From Blautia obeum ATCC 29174 (lineage in GTDB: Bacteria > Bacillota > Clostridia > Lachnospirales > Lachnospiraceae): DNA of 32,000 bases. The notes under the pieces were generated by a model. It was not told the DNA's origin and made no database searches. It was given only the letters and a program-made list of their open reading frames with translations. Position 1 is the stretch's first letter; the number at the start of each line of letters is the position of its first letter. The translations under genes were made by a program, and so were the position numbers. The stretch spans positions 2,020,296 through 2,052,295 of the forward strand of contig NZ_CP102265.1 in NCBI RefSeq assembly GCF_025147765.1, given 5' to 3'. Shown in pieces: positions 7,827 through 13,518 of this stretch.

Positions 7827-8265
7827 CTTGCTCGCCTCCCTCTTCTGGTAAATACTCAACTTTAATGTGAGCCGCCATGAAACAATCGGGTTCTCCATCA
7901 AATTTATTTCCTGCAGCTGAGTTGAGCGTATCTCCTCTTTCCTCACAGCACTCTCTCGGGCTGCAACAGTCTGTGTTCTTCCAAAGCTTTCCATTTTCGT
8001 CCTCGTATACATACCGTCCCCAGTCGTCCCTGCCGATATATTTCAGATGCAGTGTTTTAATTTTTACCGCAACCAGTTCATAACCAACAACATCAAAATG
8101 TCCGAGCGGCTTTTCGTATTCAATGTAGCCCCATGCCTGGCAGCCTACTTCCTCAACAAATTTTTTATTGTCAAAATTCTCAATCTCCAAGACTTCGTTA
8201 TTTTGGGGCTTCGGGTATCCTCCCGGCATAACTGGACGCTGTGTGCTGTAATAACGATATTTCAT
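7819..8265 (-). CDS. Hypothetical protein
   Basis: 148-aa ORF in operon context (MKYRYYSTQRPVMPGGYP...). Confidence 0.6.
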   Translation of the reverse strand: MKYRYYSTQRPVMPGGYPKPQNNEVLEIENFDNKKFVEEVGCQAWGYIEYEKPLGHFDVVGYELVAVKIKTLHLKYIGRDDWGRYVYEDENGKLWKNTDCCSPRECCEERGDTLNSAAGNKFDGEPDCFMAAHIKVEYLPEEGGEQDG

Positions 8266-8324
8266 TGTTTTTGCTTCCTCCTCTTATTTTTTTCTGCCCC
8301 AGGTTTCTGAGGCAGATCACTTTA

Positions 8325-8840
8325 TTAATCAAGCAGGCATTCCTGCGAGATGCTGTATTTCTCTTTCAGCTTTTCAAAAGCTCTGTTTGTTACCCGGTAT
8401 TCATTCCAACCAACTCTATGATCTTTTGAACAGAAGTCCTTTTCCTGATATTTTTTTATAAGCTCAATGCCTCTGCCTTTAAGTTCCAGTGGTGTGTCAA
8501 TGAACCAGTGTTTCCCGTAATATCCTCTGGATGCCTCCATCTGGCATTCTGGTTTCTGGCCTCCCATTTCTGGCGTATAGCAATACACTCCAGGAGCCTC
8601 AGCAACTTCTTTTTCTATCGGATCCGGTTTTGCCATCTCCAGCCGTTTTTCTCGTCCTTGCTCTGTCAGTTTTTGTGCCTCGCCGTCCAGAAGCTTTCCT
8701 GATTTCTCCAACTGCTCTATACTCTCAACATAAAAATTGAGAACCTCTTTTGTAGCTGCAACAGCAATCAGTCTGGAAAGATTATCATAACCACTGCTGG
8801 CTGCCTGCGCTTTTACTGGAAACCGAATGATCTGTGCCAT
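8325..8840 (-). CDS. Hypothetical protein
   Basis: I prefer the start at ATG 8840 (MAQIIRFPV...). The longer table ORF overlaps the small ORF at 8860-9000. Confidence 0.55.
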   Translation of the reverse strand: MAQIIRFPVKAQAASSGYDNLSRLIAVAATKEVLNFYVESIEQLEKSGKLLDGEAQKLTEQGREKRLEMAKPDPIEKEVAEAPGVYCYTPEMGGQKPECQMEASRGYYGKHWFIDTPLELKGRGIELIKKYQEKDFCSKDHRVGWNEYRVTNRAFEKLKEKYSISQECLLD

Positions 8841-8859
8841 GCCATTTGCCCTCTCTTTC

Positions 8860-9000
8860 TCATTTCTGACTGTTAATGTATTTTCTGCATCCTGCATAAG
8901 AACCGGTATAAACTACCTTACCCTGATATGCTACTGTACAGGTATCACTCCATCTGCTAATCTCGTACACTTTTCCATTTGCCAGTTCGTATCGCTCCAC
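8860..9000 (-). CDS. Hypothetical small protein (46 aa)
   Basis: Hand translation from GTG 9000 gives (M)ERYELANGKVYEISRWSDTCTVAYQGKVVYTGSYAGCRKYINSQK*. GGAGG lies 7 nt upstream. Below the ORF-track cutoff. Confidence 0.4.
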   Translation of the reverse strand: MERYELANGKVYEISRWSDTCTVAYQGKVVYTGSYAGCRKYINSQK

Positions 9001-9002
9001 TT

Positions 9003-9245
9003 CTATTCCTCCTCATTTCTCATCAGGCACTTTAACATATCAAGCTGTTCAGAATACTTATCCTTCCTGTCAATAGCCTCCTGCAGCTCTTTTACTTTTC
9101 CAGGCATGAACATTGCAATGTTTCTTGGATCGCCGTTCTGTGCCTTCTCCTTAATCTCTTTCATGCATCTTTCGATGTTTTCCTGCTCCCATTCGATTCT
9201 CATTTTTACGCTTTTGATCATGCCTTCTAATTTTCCCTGTTTCAT
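9003..9245 (-). CDS. Hypothetical coiled-coil-like small protein
   Basis: 80-aa ORF, the first gene downstream of promoter copy B. Confidence 0.6.
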   Translation of the reverse strand: MKQGKLEGMIKSVKMRIEWEQENIERCMKEIKEKAQNGDPRNIAMFMPGKVKELQEAIDRKDKYSEQLDMLKCLMRNEEE

Positions 9246-9260
9246 CTGCTTTTTCTCCTA

Positions 9261-9280
9261 TAACTCATTTTAATGTGATT
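9261..9280. promoter_or_regulatory. Operator-like site S3: TAACTCA-TTTTAA-TGTGATT
   Basis: Motif copy in the leader between promoter B and the ATG at 9245. Confidence 0.4.
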
Positions 9281-9290
9281 CCACTATTCA

Positions 9291-9310
9291 CAACTCGTTC
9301 TTATGAGTTT
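9291..9310. promoter_or_regulatory. Operator-like site S4: CAACTCG-TTCTTA-TGAGTTT
   Basis: Directly abuts the -10 of promoter B, in the +1 region. Confidence 0.5.
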
Positions 9311-9338
9311 AATATAACACGTAGGTTAGTAGTGTCAA
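9311..9338 (-). promoter_or_regulatory. Repeated early promoter, copy B (TTGACA-16 nt-TGtTATATT on minus strand)
   Basis: Consensus -35 plus an extended -10, within the ~45-bp repeat shared with copies A and C. Confidence 0.6.
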
Positions 9339-9376
9339 TACCCTCTTTTACAAAAAATGAGAAAAAAATTTAAGGA

Positions 9377-9396
9377 CAGCTCATTTTATTGAGCCA
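9377..9396. promoter_or_regulatory. Operator-like site S5: CAGCTCA-TTTTAT-TGAGCCA
   Basis: CTCA-N6-TGAG core, ~39 nt upstream of the promoter B -35. Confidence 0.35.
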
Positions 9397-9409
9397 TCCC
9401 CTTTTAGCT

Positions 9410-9667
9410 TTATTCTGTGCCCTCCTGCATATTCTTCAATAATTCCCATGCCATCTTGAACCCTGCGTAGAATCCTGTTTCCTCCGCTGCCGCTCCGTAC
9501 TGACTTACCCATAACATAATATCATCTATACCACCATTCCCGATTTGCATCTCATTTAGAACGCTGATAACTTTTTTATATGTAACTGCCATTCTTTCCG
9601 GATCCGGTTCATCGCTCTCAATCCGGTTTTCGTAATAGCCTTGGAATATCTGCTGTAATGCTGTCAT
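9410..9667 (-). CDS. Hypothetical protein
   Basis: 85-aa ORF with an ATGA overlap onto the upstream gene. Confidence 0.6.
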   Translation of the reverse strand: MTALQQIFQGYYENRIESDEPDPERMAVTYKKVISVLNEMQIGNGGIDDIMLWVSQYGAAAEETGFYAGFKMAWELLKNMQEGTE

Positions 9668-10053
9668 ACTTGTACCCCCAGGATTTTTTGTATTTCTTTT
9701 AATTCATCCAATGTGTAGCTTTCCCATTTCACACCTGATGCAAGAAATCTTACAAGTTTTCTTTTATGGTAATAATCTTTTGCTATTTCCATATCTGGAA
9801 ATAATATTGCCTTATATCCATAATCAATATTTTCTTCTAAAAAATCATCCGTATAATCTGGTTCTTTAAATCCTATCAGCAAATAGTCTGGCACAGTTTT
9901 GATGTTTACTTCTTCCCCTCTAGCTGCATACAGGTATTTCCGCCCAATTTTCGCAACGGTATACTTTTTGGGCTTCAATCCTTTTAGTAACGCTATATCC
10001 TCATACGAAAACGCATATACAACTTGTCCCACTGTAAAATCTTTTATTTTCAT
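9664..10053 (-). CDS. Hypothetical protein
   Basis: 129-aa ORF with an ATGA overlap onto the upstream gene. GGAGG lies inside the upstream gene's end. Confidence 0.6.
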   Translation of the reverse strand: MKIKDFTVGQVVYAFSYEDIALLKGLKPKKYTVAKIGRKYLYAARGEEVNIKTVPDYLLIGFKEPDYTDDFLEENIDYGYKAILFPDMEIAKDYYHKRKLVRFLASGVKWESYTLDELKEIQKILGVQV

Positions 10054-10535
10054 CCTTTAGCCTCCAATCCATGTCCGAATGCAAGAGCAATCATTTTCTG
10101 TAATCTCGCATTTTCTTCTCTCAGCTTTTCGTTCTCTTTCTCCAATGCCTCTGTTTTGGACTTCATCGCCTCCAGATTGATCCCGTCAACGTACCTTGCA
10201 TCAGTACACCATTTTGTAACAGTAGCTTTTGCTACGCCATACCGCTGTGTAATTTCATCGAAGGTCATTCCATGAATTTTATGCATATTTACAATAAATT
10301 TCTTGAAATTTGCACTATACCGTCTGGTTGTATCATGGTTCGGACCGGTAGGCTCCTCTGGAATATCATCTATTTTGCTTTTCTTCACTTCGATTTTAGG
10401 CTGTGCTTTTTCTGGCTCCTGCAGCATTTCCACCTCGCCTGTGACTTCCTCTTTCTCTAAATGGATTCCCATTTTTGCAAGATCATCAATCTCATCCATA
10501 AGAGCGAATAATCTTTTTCTGTACTCTTTATTCAT
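10050..10535 (-). CDS. HTH-containing protein with C-terminal leucine-zipper-like coiled coil
   Basis: I prefer the start at ATG 10535 (MNKEYRK...), with AAGGAGG 10 nt upstream. ..MTFDEITQRYGVAKATVTKWC.. is an HTH, followed by the heptad-like EALEKENEKLREENARLQKM. Confidence 0.6.
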   Translation of the reverse strand: MNKEYRKRLFALMDEIDDLAKMGIHLEKEEVTGEVEMLQEPEKAQPKIEVKKSKIDDIPEEPTGPNHDTTRRYSANFKKFIVNMHKIHGMTFDEITQRYGVAKATVTKWCTDARYVDGINLEAMKSKTEALEKENEKLREENARLQKMIALAFGHGLEAKG

Positions 10536-10555
10536 TGTCCATGCCCCTCCTTGAA

Positions 10556-10825
10556 TCATATAATTTCCAGAAGCCACAAAATAAACATAATTCCTGGAAC
10601 TCCTACAGAAATTGCTCCAAGAAGCGCAGCGGTGATATTCGATTCAATTTCCTCTTTTCTCTTCGCCTCTATTTTGCGGTTTCTTCTTTCTCTTTCATTG
10701 CAGTATCTTAATATTCTTTCTGATTCCTGAATGGTCCTCTCGCTTCCGTATTCTTCCACAATTGACCATTCTCCAAAATCTGCAATCGTTACATAACCGT
10801 CCATCATTCTATGCCCCTTTTTCAT
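10556..10825 (-). CDS. Hypothetical protein with C-terminal transmembrane helix
   Basis: 89-aa ORF with the hydrophobic tail ..AALLGAISVGVPGIMFILWLLEII. The start is uncertain (10825, 10807 or 10804). Confidence 0.5.
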   Translation of the reverse strand: MKKGHRMMDGYVTIADFGEWSIVEEYGSERTIQESERILRYCNERERRNRKIEAKRKEEIESNITAALLGAISVGVPGIMFILWLLEII

Positions 10826-11190
10826 TCTTTCTCAGTTCTGGCATTTCCCTGTACCGCCCAGGGCGTAGGTTTCAATCTACGAAGTGCTTTCTTTCGTGCC
10901 ATAAAAATAGGCGATTGGGTATGTGAATTTATATGGCTGCCTCATACTTTACAACCTGTGCAGTGCTTCTCCGGTGCTTCCACTCCCGTATCTAATTTCA
11001 CTTTAAAATCAGCAAACTTGTTATCTGCCATTGAGCATTTTCAGGCGTTTTCTGCTCTGTCTTGCTTACCGCCCCTGATTTTCACCTTAAAAATCAGTAA
11101 AACTTGTTGTCCAATACCAACCGCATTGACCTACCATCATCAGCACCAGGCGGTCATTCCTGGTGGACGGTCATTTCTGACCGTTTCGGC

Positions 11191-11585
11191 TTATTCTTTT
11201 TCCCAATATCCATACAGACAGCAAGATCCAGATTCCCAAGTATCGTAGTAATATCCATCCACAACTGCTATACAGTGGTTAGCAACATTCAAAAAAATAT
11301 TCCACTTTTATGATCTTTTGCAAATCGATCAACAGTTGGACGTTTTGAACCCTTTTTATTGCTGATTCCATGATATGTAAAACCATTTTCTTTTAAATAG
11401 CTTTCATAGCATTGCTTTCCGTTTGGCATGCATTGAAGTTTTTTTGCATATGAAATAAGATCATCAAATACCTGCATCCAAGTTTTGCTCATAACTTTTG
11501 TCAATGCTCTTACTACACAATCACCGTACTGATCTTTTAAATCTTTGTCATTAGGCTGATAGTATTTATAGTTTCTGCTTGCCAT
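11191..11585 (-). pseudogene. Frameshifted small Cys...His peptidase-like gene (break at an A7/T7 tract, 11291-11297)
   Basis: The 98-aa ORF stops right after a T7 run (..KSGIFF*). The -1 frame continues with no start codon as LNVANHCIAVVDGYYYDTWESGSCCLYGYWEKE* down to 11191. Joined, the product is ~131 aa with GDCVVRA near the N-terminus and NHC..DTW near the C-terminus. Confidence 0.55.
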
Positions 11586-11627
11586 TCTTTTTCTCCTTTT
11601 TCGTTATGTTGAGTTTTCTATTTTTTC

Positions 11628-11647
11628 AAACTCGTTTTATTGAGTTT
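11628..11647. promoter_or_regulatory. Operator-like site S6: AAACTCG-TTTTAT-TGAGTTT
   Basis: Directly abuts the -10 of promoter C. A partial extra copy (CGTTATGTTGAGTTT) lies at 11602-11616. Confidence 0.5.
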
Positions 11648-11675
11648 AATATAACACGTAGTAGGTAGGTGTCAA
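11648..11675 (-). promoter_or_regulatory. Repeated early promoter, copy C (TTGACA-16 nt-TGtTATATT on minus strand)
   Basis: Same ~45-bp repeat as copies A and B. It heads the minus-strand early block. Confidence 0.6.
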
Positions 11676-11718
11676 TACCCTATTTTACATAATTTGAGTT
11701 TTTTCTTAGTGAAGCTCA

Positions 11719-11738
11719 TAACTCATTTTATTGTGGTT
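11719..11738. promoter_or_regulatory. Operator-like site S7: TAACTCA-TTTTAT-TGTGGTT
   Basis: Lies between the divergent promoters and overlaps the -35 of the plus-strand lipoprotein promoter by 2 nt. Confidence 0.4.
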
Positions 11739-11765
11739 GTTGCCTTTTATTAACAGTGGTATCAT
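11737..11765 (+). promoter_or_regulatory. Candidate promoter of the lipoprotein gene (TTGTTG-17 nt-TGgTATCAT)
   Basis: Extended -10 with a weak -35, positioned 25 nt upstream of the AAGGAG SD. Confidence 0.4.
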
Positions 11766-11789
11766 TAAAATAAAAAAGGAGATTTTTCT

Positions 11790-12815
11790 ATGAAAAAGAG
11801 AACATTTTTTACCCCCCCCCCGAAAAAATCTGACAATTTAGTAGTCACTTCTTTTCGTAAGATTCTTTGTTTATCTTCCTGTGCCATAATCGGACTTATT
11901 TCTTTAGGCTGCTCCAATGTCACTGCGCAAGAACAAACGTCTACATCTGAAAAAGCTGCTCAGATTTCTTCTTTTTCGGATTACTCTTGGGGTACTTCCT
12001 ACGATGATATTTATTCAGATCAAATAACCTCAGACATGAAAGAGACTGTTGATTATCAATGTGATGAATCTAATGATATTTCTGCATTAACGCTTCTACA
12101 TCAAGAAGTTGCAGGCTATTCAGATGTTTCTTCCTCCTATCTTTTTTCAGATAATAAGCTCATTGCTGGAAGCTACGATCTTGACATTGATGATACGGCA
12201 TTTGATGATTTATCAAAAAAAATCGCTCAAACATATGAAAAGCCTTATCTTGAAAAGGAATCTACTGGTTGGGGAAAATTATCCATCTGGATTGATGATT
12301 CCAAGGATGTAATAACATTATCAGAAATGCTTGGTATTACTTTTTTTGAGGCAGACAGTCCTTGCCTTGAATTTTTAAATGATCAATTTATCGAATTTCA
12401 TGACGTTGATCTCGTGTCAGAAATAAAAAAATATAATAACTTGGATGGACTTTCAGAATCGGCTTCTGATTCTTCCAACCCCCTACTGAATGCGCAAGTT
12501 GTTACTGCTCCGGTAAAAAGTGGAGATAATTCTAAAACGCTTGGAACCTATGCATATATCAGCATTGCTAAGGACATTTTAAAAACGGTTACTTTAGAAC
12601 AATTCACTGAATTTGCACAAACAGTGGTTGATAACAGTGGTTATAACTGGTTCTCCATCATCTGTGAAGATGGAACTGGTATCTGTTTTTCTGGATCAGA
12701 TATCTACTATCCTTCATACGGAAAATTAGATACAGATGGAGCAATTACAGACGGATATGGTGATATTACATGGGATTTTAATACAAACTCATACACGTAT
12801 ACACCACGACAATAA
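11790..12815 (+). CDS. Secreted lipoprotein, hypothetical (moron-like; only plus-strand gene)
   Basis: 341-aa ORF with AGGAG 8 nt upstream. The signal peptide carries the lipobox ..IIGLISLGC|S. It is oriented opposite to every other gene. Confidence 0.8.
   Translation: MKKRTFFTPPPKKSDNLVVTSFRKILCLSSCAIIGLISLGCSNVTAQEQTSTSEKAAQISSFSDYSWGTSYDDIYSDQITSDMKETVDYQCDESNDISALTLLHQEVAGYSDVSSSYLFSDNKLIAGSYDLDIDDTAFDDLSKKIAQTYEKPYLEKESTGWGKLSIWIDDSKDVITLSEMLGITFFEADSPCLEFLNDQFIEFHDVDLVSEIKKYNNLDGLSESASDSSNPLLNAQVVTAPVKSGDNSKTLGTYAYISIAKDILKTVTLEQFTEFAQTVVDNSGYNWFSIICEDGTGICFSGSDIYYPSYGKLDTDGAITDGYGDITWDFNTNSYTYTPRQ
11812..11821 (+). repeat. C10 homopolymer inside codons 8-11 of the lipoprotein gene
   Basis: The sequence is ttttttaCCCCCCCCCCgaaaaaa. 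The tract is currently in frame (TPPPK). Confidence 0.95.
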
Positions 12816-13132
12816 TTTTTCTTTTTATTGGATTTTCACAAAATTTAAGTCTGGGTTTTATAAATATCTCACGAAAATGAGCCGATTTTCCAACATTTGT
12901 TGGCTTTAATTTGTCAGCCGCTTTTCAGCCTTTGGCTGACTGAGACTTAGGTTTAGAATAAGATTAAGAGAAAAGATAAAGATATATGCTCATTTGCACC
13001 AGCTTTTCCTCCAACAATGTCAGGGACAAATTGGCTTACAAGCGGCTTGACGAGATTTAAGCTTAGTATTTGAGTATATAAATATAGTTATTACATATGC
13101 TCTGTTTGCACCGGGATTATCCCGGGACAAAT

Positions 13133-13163
13133 AAAAAAAATCCCGACACCATCAGGCATCGGG
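13133..13163 (-). terminator. Rho-independent terminator (minus strand)
   Basis: In minus-sense RNA there is a 9-bp stem (two G.U pairs) with a tetraloop, followed by A and U8. On the plus strand the same stem would carry two C-A mismatches and has no U tail. Confidence 0.6.
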
Positions 13164-13173
13164 GAAGGGTAGT

Positions 13174-13193
13174 AAACTCAATATTTTGAAGTT
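13174..13193. promoter_or_regulatory. Weak operator-like site S9: AAACTCA-ATATTT-TGAAGTT
   Basis: The left half is perfect and the right half degenerate. It overlaps the -35 of the candidate antitoxin RNA promoter. Confidence 0.25.
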
Positions 13194-13220
13194 GACATTT
13201 TACTCGCAACAGCATATGAT
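13192..13220 (+). promoter_or_regulatory. Promoter of candidate antitoxin sRNA (TTGACA-17 nt-TATGAT)
   Basis: Near-consensus sigma-70/sigA hexamers with 17-nt spacing in an ORF-free region. It points at the bidirectional terminator ~45 nt away. Confidence 0.6.
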
Positions 13221-13226
13221 AATAAC

Positions 13227-13305
13227 AGCTAAGCAAGCTGATGAAATTGCATTAGGCAAAATGAAAACCCCTGAAAGTGGTCCAGACTTTCAGGGGTTTT
13301 CTATT
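13227..13305 (+). ncRNA. Candidate antisense antitoxin RNA (RNA II-like) of an Fst/par-type type I TA
   Basis: Predicted ~75-nt transcript from the 13192-13220 promoter to the 13264-13300 terminator. It contains two direct repeats of the toxin translation-initiation region: 13231-13245 vs 13413-13427 (14/15) and 13247-13256 vs 13434-13443 (10/10). Convergent transcription makes these repeats complementary at the RNA level. Confidence 0.55.
13264..13300. terminator. Bidirectional rho-independent terminator
   Basis: aaaacccctgaaagt-ggtccag-actttcaggggtttt forms a perfect 15-bp stem with a 7-nt loop. An A-run on one side and a T-run on the other allow it to function on both strands. Confidence 0.8.
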
Positions 13306-13349
13306 CCGTTTATGTAAGGTGGCTTATGCCTTTAGGCTGTCTGCGCTGC

Positions 13350-13439
13350 TTATTCATCTCCATCCAGCCATTTGCAAATGTAGTAGCTAATTACACCTGC
13401 TACGATAGAGACAAGCAAACTGATGAATAAATCTTGCAT
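13350..13439 (-). CDS. Fst-like type I toxin (29-aa hydrophobic peptide)
   Basis: Hand translation gives MQDLFISLLVSIVAGVISYYICKWLDGDE*. GGAAGGAGGTGA lies 6 nt upstream of the ATG. It has a single TM-like helix and an acidic tail, similar in layout to pAD1 Fst (MKDLMSLVIAPIFVGLVLEMISRVLDEEDDSRK, recalled from memory). Confidence 0.65.
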   Translation of the reverse strand: MQDLFISLLVSIVAGVISYYICKWLDGDE

Positions 13440-13446
13440 TAGGTTT

Positions 13447-13468
13447 CACCTCCTTCCTGCCGGAGGTG
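13447..13468 (-). promoter_or_regulatory. SD-sequestering hairpin in the toxin 5' leader
   Basis: In minus-sense RNA, CACCUCC-ggcaggaa-GGAGGUG forms a hairpin whose 3' arm is the toxin Shine-Dalgarno sequence. Confidence 0.55.
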
Positions 13469-13480
13469 CGCAGCAAAATT

Positions 13481-13509
13481 ATGTTATCACATTACACATA
13501 TTTCTACAA
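13481..13509 (-). promoter_or_regulatory. Candidate toxin mRNA promoter (TTGTAG-17 nt-TGaTAACAT)
   Basis: Extended -10 with a partial -35, immediately after the endolysin stop codon. It predicts a ~210-nt mRNA ending at the bidirectional terminator. Confidence 0.4.
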
Positions 13510-13518
13510 TCAGATTTT

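Noticed and set aside
7647-8012. Long N-terminal versions of the table ORFs 7647-8012, 3844-4215, 8325-8897, 10050-10577, 16074-16445 and 30199-30726
   Set aside because: Each long version overlaps the upstream gene substantially, or starts at a non-ATG codon, or has no SD. In each case an internal ATG with a GGAGG-type SD sits next to the upstream stop, so I used the shorter coordinates.
10811-11248. 145-aa plus-strand ORF covering the ORF-free gap
   Set aside because: It is antisense to the operon, has no SD, and has a low-complexity, Ser/Phe/Cys-rich composition typical of antisense frames. It also overlaps the 3' remnant of the frameshifted minus-strand gene.
11805-11828. T6-A-C10-G-A6 read as a hairpin or terminator
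   Set aside because: A 6-bp A:T stem with a 12-nt loop is too weak to matter and lies inside the coding region. The homopolymer (slippage) interpretation is more plausible.
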